DNA from: Mycobacterium tuberculosis H37Rv
GTDB taxonomy: Bacteria > Actinomycetota > Actinomycetes > Mycobacteriales > Mycobacteriaceae
Length of the DNA: 32,000 nucleotides
Direction: 5' to 3'
Assembly (NCBI RefSeq): GCF_000195955.2
Contig: NC_000962.3
Location: 2,610,001-2,642,000 of the forward strand
A program made the translations under genes and the position numbers. Position 1 is the first letter of the stretch, and each line of letters begins with the position of its first letter. The notes beneath the pieces were generated by a model. It was given only the letters and a program-made list of their open reading frames with translations, searched no databases and was not told where the DNA came from. Below are positions 1 to 10,532 of the stretch, piece by piece.

Positions 1-1
1 A

Positions 2-421
2 ACCGCGGAGGTCGGCGACGACGTCACGATCTATCACGGCGTCACTCTCGGCGGCAGTGGCATGGTTGGCGGGAAACGCCATCCCACCGTCGGTGACCGC
101 GTGATCATCGGCGCCGGGGCCAAGGTCCTCGGTCCGATCAAGATCGGCGAGGACAGCCGGATCGGCGCCAATGCCGTCGTGGTCAAGCCCGTCCCGCCGA
201 GCGCGGTGGTGGTCGGGGTGCCCGGGCAGGTCATCGGCCAAAGCCAGCCCAGTCCCGGCGGCCCGTTTGATTGGAGGCTGCCCGATCTCGTGGGAGCCAG
301 CCTCGATTCGCTGCTCACCAGGGTGGCCAGGCTGGAGGCCCTCGGCGGCGGCCCGCAAGCAGCAGGAGTCATCCGGCCACCCGAAGCCGGGATATGGCAC
401 GGCGAGGACTTCTCGATCTGA
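2..421 (+). CDS. cysE: Serine O-acetyltransferase, C-terminal part (5' end outside window)
   Basis: Open in frame from base 2: [49 protein letters not shown]..., left-handed beta-helix hexapeptide acyltransferase signature typical of CysE. Confidence 0.95.
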   Translation, partial: TAEVGDDVTIYHGVTLGGSGMVGGKRHPTVGDRVIIGAGAKVLGPIKIGEDSRIGANAVVVKPVPPSAVVVGVPGQVIGQSQPSPGGPFDWRLPDLVGASLDSLLTRVARLEALGGGPQAAGVIRPPEAGIWHGEDFSI

Positions 422-836
422 GGCAATACCCGGCCGCCGACAATGCCTTCTTCGGCGCCGCCCACCGACGCGCATCATCGGCTGCTAGCCCCCGCACCGG
501 GTTCCGTCCTCGCCGAATTCACCTCGGGCCGGAGGTTGAGCTGCTTGGGCTTCGGCAGCCGAAACCGGGGCGATACAAACGTGGGTTGCGGATACGACCG
601 CTTTGCGACGCGGTTTGTCCAACGCAGGCTTGGAAAACTTCTCCAAGCACGAGCGAGATTACTGATTCGAATTGGCTCTTGACAGCACCGGCGAAGAGGT
701 GTAGAGATGCGAATCACTATGTGGACAGCAATCTTTGGAAAGCTCTTGCTGTCAAATCCGTCACGAACCTATGCTTAGCGATACCTTGCGCCAAACATGC
801 AGTCGCTTGACCGTTGAGATCGCTGAGGTATCGGCC

Positions 837-1805
837 ATGGATGTCCCTCACGAGCAGCCAGCCCTCTCTTCGAGCAAATCGAATCGCTTTACTTCGCAAA
901 GGCAAACAACTGGTGTGGGAACCACCACTGTTGAACGGCTCGAACCGCGGTTATCTCCCGCGTCCCGCCACATCACTGAGGCTAAAGCTTTCGGCACCGA
1001 GTGCCACGTAAGTTCCTTTACCCGTGAGCAGGATCCCGACAGGGCGGTCCGTGTGGAGCAGATCCACGGTGAAGCGTATGTCGCCGCCGGCCATGTGTAC
1101 GAATCTGCGCTCGATGAATTGGGCCGGCTGGACAATTCCAACGCCGAGTTCATCCTCGACAAGGCACGCGGTAGCACCCGAGAAACCGAGGTCATATACC
1201 TGCATGCGGTTCCCGCGGAGCCCCTCTCCGGCAGCCAAGGCGAAGGAGGCCTGCGAATAGTCGGCATTTCCGCTGTGGGGTCAATTGACGACCTCAGTGC
1301 ATTTAAGGCCGCCAAACCGTCGATGGGCCTGGCGCATCAACGCAAGCTTTATGACGCGATCGAAGACCTGGGTCACGGCGGGGTCAAGGAGATTGCGGCA
1401 TTATCGGTTACGGCCGATGCCCCTCCCACGGTGTCGTATTCGCTCATCCGGGAGGTTTTGCGCTTGTACCACCGAACCGGCGAAAAATTGATAATCACAT
1501 TTGCCATGCCAGCATACGCCAAGATGGTGATGAATTTTGGTCGATTTGCGATGCCTCAAGTGGGCGAACCGTTCTATGCGCACAGAAATAATGACCCTAG
1601 GACATCGAATGATCTCTTGCTGGTTCCCTCAATAGTCGAGCCATCGAATTTTCTCGAGAATATTTCCCGCGGGGTCGTGACAGCGGATGACGGCCCGACC
1701 GCGAGAAGGCGATTCGCCACCCTATGCTATATGACCGACGGCCTTGATGACTATTTCATGCCGTTGACTCGGCAGGTCCTTAGCGAAGGAATCCAAGACA
1801 TCTGA
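837..1805 (+). CDS. Conserved hypothetical protein (Rv2336-like), possible autoinducer-synthase/FeeM-like N-acyltransferase fold
   Basis: ORF 735..1805; ATG at 837 gives 322 aa. Central segment 'VKEIAALSVTADAPPTVSYSLIREVLRLYHRTGEKLIITFAMPAYAKMVMNFGRFAMPQVGEPF' resembles the pattern of AHL-synthase/FeeM-like acyltransferases. Start site uncertain. Confidence 0.7.
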   Translation: MDVPHEQPALSSSKSNRFTSQRQTTGVGTTTVERLEPRLSPASRHITEAKAFGTECHVSSFTREQDPDRAVRVEQIHGEAYVAAGHVYESALDELGRLDNSNAEFILDKARGSTRETEVIYLHAVPAEPLSGSQGEGGLRIVGISAVGSIDDLSAFKAAKPSMGLAHQRKLYDAIEDLGHGGVKEIAALSVTADAPPTVSYSLIREVLRLYHRTGEKLIITFAMPAYAKMVMNFGRFAMPQVGEPFYAHRNNDPRTSNDLLLVPSIVEPSNFLENISRGVVTADDGPTARRRFATLCYMTDGLDDYFMPLTRQVLSEGIQDI

Positions 1806-1868
1806 GTTCTGGAAGCGGTAATGGGCGGTCGGGCGTGCGCAACTCCGGCAACAAACAGCTTGGAGCTT

Positions 1869-2987
1869 TTACGCGAAGCGGGATTCACTATCCGAACCAG
1901 ACCGCTCGGCAGGGGCATAGCAATAAGCTTCAACCGATTGACGCATTGTGCGAACTGACGGCGCCCGCGCATGGCCAATCCGGAAGACCATCATTGGCCA
2001 GTGGCCGGGCGCTAACAGGTTCCAGCCCCCCACCAGTGCCGCTCGAACATGCGGTGCAACCCATTCGCAGGCCGGCAGGGAAAGCACCGCGGAAGCCGCA
2101 AAGGGCTGCAGTTCCGCGCCCAATAGTGTCGTCCGCAACCAGATGCGCTCGAAAACCGCGCCGGCAGTCAGCGCACCCGACGCGAGGTCGAGAGACGTCG
2201 TCAGCGCGCCCACATGGGGTGCCAATCGGCACGGCAGGTAGGCCGCGCGCAACCCGAGCGCGTGGTGCATGCCCACGGTCCGCAGGAGGCGCAGCACCCG
2301 CCAATGCCGAAGCCCACGAAACATCGGGCGCATCCACGCTTCAACCTCAAGAGACCCGGGCGGCAACCCATCGTCGCTGCTCGCGGTCCAGCCAATGTCG
2401 AAGCGGACGGCCGAAAAGAGTTCTTCGTGTAGTTCACGAGATCGAAAGCGCTCAGTTTCGGCCAATCTGACCAACCGAAGGATCTGTTTCCTGGTCTCTG
2501 GCGAGTCAAACCAATGCAGTTGGATCCCGTCAATGCCGGTGGCCTCCGCCGAGAGTGCACCCAATTCGCCCTGCGAAAGTGGCGGTCCACGAAAGCGAAC
2601 ACGCCGGTTGGTGCGCCTTCGCTCGATCGCGCCCTCGATTGGATCCACCCTGGTTTGTGGCAGGCGATCCACGTCGATCTCCGCCACCAGCCCCGGATTC
2701 CCGCTATCCGGAAACCAGCACACCTTCGTTTCAAAACCAAGGCGTCCAGCGCGCAGCTTCACGTTTTCGACAGCCGCACCGATCGCGACCAAACTCATGA
2801 TGCGGCGGTGCTCGGGGGCGGACCTCCAAGTCTGATCGCCCCACAACCGCACCCGCCTACCGGCATGTTCGAGCTGGACTTCGCGCCGGTTGTCCGCGGA
2901 TGGCGCCAGCGCCGCCGCCTCGACGAGCGACAGGAATTCAGCAGGATCCAGACCCGTCATACCCGGGCCCCAGCGGCCGGCACGCAT
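1869..2987 (-). CDS. Nitroreductase-fold (Acg-like) protein, Rv2337c-like, 372 aa
   Basis: Long ORF; N-terminal 'AALAPSADNRREVQLEHAGRRVRLWGDQ' and 'PIEGAIERRRTNRRVRF' resemble NTR/Acg family motifs. Confidence 0.75.
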   Translation of the reverse strand: MRAGRWGPGMTGLDPAEFLSLVEAAALAPSADNRREVQLEHAGRRVRLWGDQTWRSAPEHRRIMSLVAIGAAVENVKLRAGRLGFETKVCWFPDSGNPGLVAEIDVDRLPQTRVDPIEGAIERRRTNRRVRFRGPPLSQGELGALSAEATGIDGIQLHWFDSPETRKQILRLVRLAETERFRSRELHEELFSAVRFDIGWTASSDDGLPPGSLEVEAWMRPMFRGLRHWRVLRLLRTVGMHHALGLRAAYLPCRLAPHVGALTTSLDLASGALTAGAVFERIWLRTTLLGAELQPFAASAVLSLPACEWVAPHVRAALVGGWNLLAPGHWPMMVFRIGHARAPSVRTMRQSVEAYCYAPAERSGSDSESRFA

Positions 2988-3106
2988 TGCCGTGGCAGAG
3001 TGGTCGCGCCGACGAACAGTGCGGAAGCGATATGTCTATCCCATGTTCGCTCAAACAGCGGTGCGCTGGCAGTATCTGAGTACACCATTCTAGGTGCAGC
3101 TCCCAA

Positions 3107-4063
3107 CTAGTAGCTCGGTTCCGTCCTGTGATACCGCAGTCCCGGTATTACCCCCGCCGATCGTCGATTTATGTAGCGGGCCAGCAATCGCCGCTTGACT
3201 CTCTGTAGAGGGTGGCGATTTCCGCACCGTAAACGCTTCCGAACATAGATGCTGCGGTAAGCATCGAACTGATGAAAGTAGGGAGCAGCGTAAACGCGCC
3301 CATGTCCGAGCAGAATCTTCAACACCTCGGCCGCCACCACACCGGAAGCCAGATGACAGGCGAGGCCAACCGATGGACCCGTGCGATTTTCGATGTCGAC
3401 GTAGGACAGATCTATGGAGCGCCGATGCGTCGCGGATGGTGCTATTCCAGCTATAAATGCGACGAACTTATCCACCGTGTTCATCGCATCAGACAGATCG
3501 AAATACCGATCGAACGTCATACCCTTAGGATCGAAAACGACCCAGGCCGTACTGAACCCGAGCGGGCCAGCGCCTAGCGCGTAGATTCCCCGCTGCTGTG
3601 CTTCACGATAGAGCAGGCGACGCAAATCGATTTCGAACGCGTCGATGCCGTCCACCAAAACATCTGCTCCCTCTAGAAAGGTAGCTGCATTCTCTTTCCC
3701 AATAGGTTCGCAGAAAGCACGGATTTCTGCTTCAGGGTTAATATCATGAACGATATTGCGCATGACCTCTGCCTTGGCCTGGCCGTTGGTCGAGCGCATA
3801 GCGCCGTACTGCCGATTCGAGTTGCGTATTTCGAAGACGTCCGGGTCTGCAATGGTGAACTTTCCTATTCCCATCCTTGCGAGGGCGACCATGTCAATTC
3901 CCCCAACCCCACCCATCCCAGCGATTGCAACGCGACTATTCCGAAGCCGTTGTTGTTCGGTTGGGCTAATCAATCCAAGGTTGCGACAGAAAGCTTCGTC
4001 ATAAGACCATGGTGCGCTTTCTTTCACCCGTCCAGAGTCGGGGGCATCCGCACCGGCTCGCAT
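3107..4063 (-). CDS. moeW: E1/ThiF/MoeB-like adenylating enzyme (annotated moeW in M. tuberculosis), 318 aa
   Basis: ORF 3107..4144, internal ATG at 4063; 'LRNSRVAIAGMGGVGGIDMVALARMGIGKFTIADPDVFEIRNSNRQYGA' is the E1-superfamily nucleotide-binding signature. Confidence 0.85.
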   Translation of the reverse strand: MRAGADAPDSGRVKESAPWSYDEAFCRNLGLISPTEQQRLRNSRVAIAGMGGVGGIDMVALARMGIGKFTIADPDVFEIRNSNRQYGAMRSTNGQAKAEVMRNIVHDINPEAEIRAFCEPIGKENAATFLEGADVLVDGIDAFEIDLRRLLYREAQQRGIYALGAGPLGFSTAWVVFDPKGMTFDRYFDLSDAMNTVDKFVAFIAGIAPSATHRRSIDLSYVDIENRTGPSVGLACHLASGVVAAEVLKILLGHGRVYAAPYFHQFDAYRSIYVRKRLRCGNRHPLQRVKRRLLARYINRRSAGVIPGLRYHRTEPSY

Positions 4064-4692
4064 CGCATCATCCTCCCACGACGGGCCGCTCATCAGCTTG
4101 GGCCATTTCAATGTACTTGATACCCCGCGCTGCGGGTAGGCCACTGCGACGATTCAAACACGGTGTCACACGGTGAATAGTGTCGAGATGGGCTCTGATC
4201 AACCGTCGCAAACCCGGTTTCGCATCGATAGCGGAATCGCACCGGGTTGCATGGAGGCTGCTGACCTTGGAAAACAAGATGTATTCATTACGACAAAACA
4301 AGCGCCGCGGAAACTTTGCACGCTCGAGCATTCCGCCGCGGCTCACGCACATCCTGGCCGCCTTCCCGCAACCGTCCCCCGGAATTACTGATCAAACCCT
4401 GGGTTTACCAACTTCCGGGCATGGGGCGAAGGTCGACAGCCAGAACATGGCCGTGCGTGATATGGGCATTCACGGGACGGAGCCGCTAAGGAGACCGGTA
4501 CGATTCAATCTCCATATGAGCGGTGCGGCGGCTGTTGTCAGGTACGTTGAACACCGGTGGCGATCGGGTGCCGGCAGGTTGGTCTTCTCCTGTGATGCGA
4601 GCGCGCCTCCGCGCCAACCACCGCGTGCGAAGCAGGTGCTGATGCCACAGTGCTGATGTCACAAGGAACCGCGAGGGGGTCCCGGACCCTAC

Positions 4693-7581
4693 ATGGTGCC
4701 GGGCGAAGTCCACATGAGTGATACGCCGTCAGGCCCGCACCCAATCATCCCGCGGACGATTCGCCTGGCCGCGATTCCCATCTTGCTGTGTTGGCTGGGA
4801 TTTACCGTTTTCGTCAGCGTCGCCGTTCCTCCGTTGGAGGCGATCGGTGAAACCCGGGCCGTGGCAGTTGCCCCCGACGATGCGCAATCGATGCGTGCGA
4901 TGCGACGTGCCGGAAAGGTGTTCAACGAATTCGATTCCAATAGCATCGCGATGGTCGTCCTGGAAAGCGATCAACCACTAGGCGAGAAGGCCCATAGGTA
5001 TTACGACCACCTGGTCGATACGCTCGTACTGGACCAGAGCCATATCCAGCACATTCAAGACTTTTGGCGTGATCCCCTGACGGCGGCGGGTGCGGTCAGC
5101 GCAGATGGTAAGGCGGCGTACGTTCAACTTTACCTCGCCGGCAACATGGGTGAAGCACTCGCAAACGAATCCGTTGAAGCCGTCCGGAAAATTGTGGCGA
5201 ATAGTACACCGCCGGAAGGCATCAGAACCTATGTCACCGGACCGGCGGCCTTGTTTGCCGACCAAATCGCCGCCGGTGACCGAAGCATGAAGCTGATCAC
5301 CGGATTAACGTTCGCGGTAATCACCGTGTTGCTGCTGCTCGTCTATCGCTCGATCGCCACCACGCTGCTGATTCTTCCCATGGTGTTTATTGGACTCGGC
5401 GCGACGCGTGGCACCATTGCCTTTCTTGGATACCACGGAATGGTCGGCCTTTCGACTTTTGTGGTCAATATCCTCACGGCACTTGCCATTGCTGCCGGTA
5501 CAGACTACGCGATCTTCCTGGTCGGCCGCTATCAAGAAGCCCGCCATATCGGCCAGAATCGCGAAGCCTCTTTCTACACGATGTACAGGGGCACCGCTAA
5601 CGTCATTCTCGGATCGGGACTGACCATCGCCGGCGCAACATATTGTCTGAGTTTCGCCCGGCTGACGCTGTTTCACACCATGGGGCCTCCGTTGGCAATA
5701 GGCATGCTGGTTTCGGTCGCGGCCGCGCTGACCCTGGCGCCCGCCATCATTGCCATCGCCGGCCGCTTCGGCTTGCTCGACCCCAAGCGAAGACTGAAGA
5801 CCAGGGGCTGGCGTCGTGTGGGTACCGCAGTCGTGCGCTGGCCCGGGCCAATTCTGGCCACGTCGGTCGCGCTTGCCCTGGTGGGATTGCTCGCACTACC
5901 GGGCTACCGGCCCGGCTATAACGATCGCTACTACCTGCGCGCTGGCACGCCTGTCAACCGCGGGTATGCGGCCGCCGACCGGCACTTTGGCCCAGCCCGG
6001 ATGAACCCCGAGATGCTGCTGGTCGAGAGCGATCAAGACATGCGAAATCCGGCCGGGATGCTCGTCATCGACAAGATCGCCAAGGAGGTCCTGCACGTGT
6101 CCGGGGTCGAGCGGGTGCAAGCGATCACCCGGCCGCAGGGGGTGCCCCTTGAGCATGCGTCGATTCCCTTTCAGATCAGCATGATGGGTGCCACCCAGAC
6201 GATGAGCCTGCCCTACATGCGCGAACGCATGGCCGATATGTTGACCATGAGCGACGAAATGCTGGTTGCGATCAATTCCATGGAACAGATGCTCGACTTG
6301 GTGCAGCAGCTCAACGACGTTACCCATGAGATGGCAGCCACGACGCGCGAGATCAAAGCTACTACCAGCGAACTGCGAGATCACCTTGCGGACATCGACG
6401 ATTTCGTCAGGCCGTTGCGTAGCTATTTCTACTGGGAGCACCATTGCTTCGACATTCCGTTGTGCTCGGCGACGCGATCACTGTTTGACACCCTAGACGG
6501 CGTCGACACGCTGACTGACCAATTGCGGGCCCTTACCGACGACATGAATAAGATGGAGGCGCTCACACCGCAATTTCTCGCACTGCTGCCGCCAATGATC
6601 ACGACCATGAAGACCATGCGGACCATGATGTTGACCATGCGATCAACAATAAGTGGCGTACAAGATCAAATGGCCGATATGCAAGACCATGCGACTGCGA
6701 TGGGGCAGGCCTTCGACACCGCAAAAAGCGGCGATTCATTCTATCTTCCTCCGGAAGCCTTCGATAATGCAGAATTCCAGCAAGGCATGAAGTTGTTTTT
6801 GTCGCCGAATGGTAAGGCGGTGCGCTTCGTAATTTCCCACGAGAGCGATCCAGCAAGTACTGAAGGTATCGATCGCATCGAAGCGATAAGGGCCGCGACC
6901 AAAGATGCCATCAAGGCGACACCATTGCAAGGCGCTAAAATCTATATCGGTGGCACGGCTGCGACCTACCAAGACATTCGAGACGGTACCAAGTACGATA
7001 TCCTCATCGTTGGTATAGCCGCGGTATGCCTGGTATTTATTGTCATGCTCATGATTACCCAGAGCCTGATTGCGTCACTCGTCATTGTTGGCACGGTACT
7101 TCTGTCATTGGGTACTGCGTTCGGACTGTCCGTGCTCATCTGGCAGCACTTTGTCGGTCTCCAGGTGCATTGGACGATCGTCGCGATGTCTGTCATCGTC
7201 TTGCTGGCCGTCGGTTCTGACTACAACCTCCTTTTGGTGTCCCGGTTCAAGGAGGAGGTCGGCGCTGGATTAAAGACCGGGATCATCCGGGCGATGGCCG
7301 GCACCGGCGCAGTTGTCACGTCGGCCGGTCTGGTATTCGCGTTCACCATGGCGTCCATGGCCGTCAGCGAACTCCGCGTTATCGGACAGGTCGGCACCAC
7401 CATCGGGCTCGGTCTACTTTTCGATACCCTGGTGGTCCGATCGTTCATGACGCCATCCATCGCAGCGCTGCTAGGTCGCTGGTTCTGGTGGCCGAACATG
7501 ATCCACTCGAGACCCACCGTCCCGGAGGCGCACACACGCCAGGGCGCTCGCCGAATTCAGCCGCATCTGCACCGGGGTTGA
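4693..7581 (+). CDS. mmpL9: MmpL family RND transporter, 962 aa
   Basis: 962-aa ORF with multiple TM segments and MmpL motifs ([64 protein letters not shown]). Confidence 0.95.
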
Positions 7582-7666
7582 TATGCACTTCGGTGCCGTG
7601 ATCGGCGCCCGGGGTGTTCGTCGACCATGCGACCGGCAACGCGGCCTTGCGCACAGGCGCGATCGC

Positions 7667-8908
7667 TCATTCGTGCCCGGGCGGTCGAAGACCAAGAGCG
7701 CGCAGCAGTTGGTCGCGGTCCCACGGCCGGCCGCTGCCACTAGCATTGTCGCCGGATGCTGTCAGCAGCCCATTTCGAGCTCGAAGCCCGGACAACTTCT
7801 TTAGCGTGTGGCGCAACCCCCGAAGACTCGTCAACGGAAGAAGCAGTAGCTGCTCATCGCGCCCGCCATCAGCCCGGCGCGCCGAGTTGCCCGGGTCGGC
7901 CGGGTTGCCCTGGTGTGCCGCGTTGCCGGGGTTGGTCGTCGCGTGCATCGCCTGCGCCTTGGTCGCCGGCGTCGAGCCGGATTCGGCTGCCACCGCAGAC
8001 GTGGTAGCCGGCGACACCGCAGGTGCCGTGGCTACCGCAGGTGCCACCTGTTCACCCACTCCGCCGATAGCACCGGAATGGCCTTCACCGCCGAGCCCCC
8101 AGTGCCCGCCAACCCACGGAGCCCCACCGAAGCCGGGCATCAACCCGCCCTCAGCAGAAGCGCCCGCAGCGCCGGTGCTCAGACCGCCGTCACCGCTGGC
8201 CATGCCGACTCCGCCGTCCCCGCGAACAGACCCGACGATGTCCCTGCCAGTCCCGGCACCACCGACTGCGTCTGCGCTGCCGGCCCCAGTCCCATTGCCG
8301 GCTGCGCTACCGACCCCAGCACCACTGCCACCCGGGTCCGCGACACCGGCGGCACCTGTTGCGCCGCTGCCGTGCGAAGCAGAAACGCCGCTGCCGTGCG
8401 CGGCGCCAGCCACTCCGGGGTTACCGTCGGTGCTGCCGAGCTGGCCGGCCCCATGCTGCTCGCCGACCTGACCGTTGCCGATCGGTCCGCCGTCCCAGCC
8501 CTTTCCGCCAGCCTGGCCGACACCGCCAAACCCGCCGGCACCGCGAGATTGCCCGGTGCCCGTCCCCCCAGTGCGATCTTGGGCGAGTTCGCTGACCACG
8601 CCCTGCGCTTTCTGCAGCGGCAAGGCGTTGGCGGCCTCAGCCATGGCATACGCCGCCGCGCCCTCTTGCAGGATCTGTACAAACCGGTCGTGAAACAGCG
8701 CCGCTTGAGCGCTAATGGCCTGATAGGCCTGCGCCCGCGCGCCAAACAACGCCGCGATGCCAGCCGACACGTCATCGCCGCCGGCAGCCAGCACTCCTGC
8801 CGTCGGGGCGGCCGCAGCGGCGTTGGCCGCGCGCATAGTGGAGCCGATCGCGGCTAGCTCCCCGGCCGACGCCGCCAGAACGTTCGGGGCCGCGGTAACG
8901 TGCGACAT
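7667..8908 (-). CDS. PE_PGRS39: PE_PGRS family protein, 413 aa
   Basis: Internal start [39 protein letters not shown] (PE domain) followed by a Gly/Ala-rich region; ORF open from 9004 but the PE domain starts at 8908. Confidence 0.88.
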   Translation of the reverse strand: MSHVTAAPNVLAASAGELAAIGSTMRAANAAAAAPTAGVLAAGGDDVSAGIAALFGARAQAYQAISAQAALFHDRFVQILQEGAAAYAMAEAANALPLQKAQGVVSELAQDRTGGTGTGQSRGAGGFGGVGQAGGKGWDGGPIGNGQVGEQHGAGQLGSTDGNPGVAGAAHGSGVSASHGSGATGAAGVADPGGSGAGVGSAAGNGTGAGSADAVGGAGTGRDIVGSVRGDGGVGMASGDGGLSTGAAGASAEGGLMPGFGGAPWVGGHWGLGGEGHSGAIGGVGEQVAPAVATAPAVSPATTSAVAAESGSTPATKAQAMHATTNPGNAAHQGNPADPGNSARRADGGRDEQLLLLPLTSLRGLRHTLKKLSGLRARNGLLTASGDNASGSGRPWDRDQLLRALGLRPPGHE

Positions 8909-9407
8909 AAGCGAGCACCTGCCCGTGTTGCCAACTCGCTGTGACCGGATCGCTGGTCGACCCGCGTTGTCACCGCGAATCCTATCGCGATCGACCAGGA
9001 ACATCCCAGCATTCAGGCATGCCTACTGCGCCTCACACTGAAGTGTCGAGGTCGGCGGAGTCCCGGCATCATCAGGCGAGTGGCATGCACTCACCAACCG
9101 CGGCCAGCTCGGCACCAGCTTGGTGTCGGCGCACAGAGCTGTTCGGGCCCATACGTCGACGTAGCCGAACCCGCCCCGACTCTCGTCGGACACGTTCTGC
9201 TGTTTGGCGTGGCCGAACGATCAGATCTCGTCGCGCCGAACGTGTATTGCCGGGCCGGTGGAAGAGTCTGTCGGGAGAAAAAGGAAAAGCCCTGCAGAGA
9301 CTGGTGTGACACGCCTTGCGCAGCCACGCGGTCGGAAAACCGAACCTTAGCTCATCAGAACCCAACACAAGAGGCGGGACAAGCCGAGTTCAAGCCGAAC
9401 GCCCTGC

Positions 9408-9480
9408 TCCCCCGGGAGGACTCGAACCTCCAACCCTTCGGTTAACAGCCGAACGCTCTGCCAATTGAGCTACAGGGGAC
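9408..9480 (-). tRNA. asnT: tRNA-Asn (anticodon GTT)
   Basis: Reverse complement TCCCCTGTAGCTCAATTGGCAGAGCGTTCGGCTGTTAACCGAAGGGTTGGAGGTTCGAGTCCTCCCGGGGGAG folds as cloverleaf: acceptor TCCCCTG/CGGGGGA, anticodon loop CTGTTAA, TTCGAGT T-loop; no encoded CCA. Confidence 0.96.
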
Positions 9481-9596
9481 CGCCTGGTCCGTGCGAACGC
9501 TGGCGCAGTCGCGGGACGACTCTAGCGTACTGGTGTGACGGCGCCCAACTAGGGAGATTCCTTACCGATGGGAGCAGGCTGATGGCAGCAGGCACG

Positions 9597-10016
9597 ATGC
9601 CAGTAGGTGGTCGGCAGCACGTTTTCGAGAAGCTGGCCAGCATCCTGGGCTTGGTCGCCGCGCCGCTCATGCTCCTTGGATTGAGTGCCTGCGGCCGCAG
9701 CGCCGGCAAGACCAGCGAACCGACCTGCCCCACGGAGCCGATCGATGCGGCCGACAGCTCGACAACACCGGACCCCTCGTGTGTGGTGCGGGCCACTGAG
9801 ATCAACGGCAACGGGTCGCGCATCCAGACCTGGACCGGCAGCTATGATGCGGCCGCAACCCAGTCCGGTGGTGTGTGTGGTGGCACCTGCAACTTCCACG
9901 CCACAGTGCGGTTCACGGTCGACGAAGGCCAGATCTCGGGCAGCGTCGATCAGGTCTATCAAGCGGCGATGGTTGCTATCGCAACACGCCCCACTTCGCC
10001 ATCTCTGGCACCATGA
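9597..10016 (+). CDS. lppQ: Lipoprotein LppQ
   Basis: Signal peptide with lipobox (…SILGLVAAPLMLLGLSAC). Start uncertain (ATG 9582 or 9597). Confidence 0.8.
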   Translation: MPVGGRQHVFEKLASILGLVAAPLMLLGLSACGRSAGKTSEPTCPTEPIDAADSSTTPDPSCVVRATEINGNGSRIQTWTGSYDAAATQSGGVCGGTCNFHATVRFTVDEGQISGSVDQVYQAAMVAIATRPTSPSLAP

Positions 10017-10235
10017 CGATGACGCGGTGACCATCGCGTGATCCAAGACGTACCTGACGGGCAATAAGCCGATACCAAAGCCGAGCCCGCATCACGCCGA
10101 AACAACCGCGGAGTATCTGCTCGGCGTCGTGAATTGGGTGACCAAGTGGAACCTCGATTGCGTCGAAGGCTGCAAATAGGACATCGGGTACCGCATAACC
10201 GGATCGGGCGCGCGTAGCCAGGCGTGTAAGGCAGG

Positions 10236-10529
10236 ATGGATGCAACCGCACCGTTAGTCGGAGGGACCGCATTGATCGGGTATGTCGCCGTGTTGGGACT
10301 GGGTTACGTGCTGGGCGCAAAAGCCGGGCGCCGCCGCTACGAGCAGATCGCGAGCACCTATCGCGCACTCACCGGCAGCCCCGTGGCCAGGTCGATGATC
10401 GAAGGCGGGCGTCGCAAGATCGCCAATCGGATCTCACCCGATGCTGGGTTTGTGACCCTGGCCGAGATCGACAACCAGACCGCCGTTGTCCAGCGCGGGG
10501 TCGAGCGGCAGCCGAAAACCGCGCGCTGA
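10236..10529 (+). CDS. Small conserved protein with one TM segment (Rv2342-like)
   Basis: Small ORF 'LIGYVAVLGLGYVLGAKAGRRRYEQIASTYRALTGSP', typical of actinobacterial small membrane proteins; a TTG start at 10272 would give 85 aa. Confidence 0.7.
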   Translation: MDATAPLVGGTALIGYVAVLGLGYVLGAKAGRRRYEQIASTYRALTGSPVARSMIEGGRRKIANRISPDAGFVTLAEIDNQTAVVQRGVERQPKTAR

Positions 10530-10532
10530 CCC

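Noticed and set aside
475-717. 80-aa minus-strand ORF between cysE and the Rv2336-like gene
   Set aside because: Arg/Pro/Ser-rich with no recognisable motif; typical spurious ORF in GC-rich intergenic DNA.
2201-3110. Several overlapping + strand ORFs opposite the nitroreductase-like gene
   Set aside because: Complementary-strand shadows of a well-supported coding gene in high-GC DNA.
7614-8857. Long + strand ORFs (285 and 314 aa) opposite PE_PGRS39
   Set aside because: Generated by the Gly-rich (GGC) repeats read in reverse as Ala/Pro-rich strings; no domain signature.
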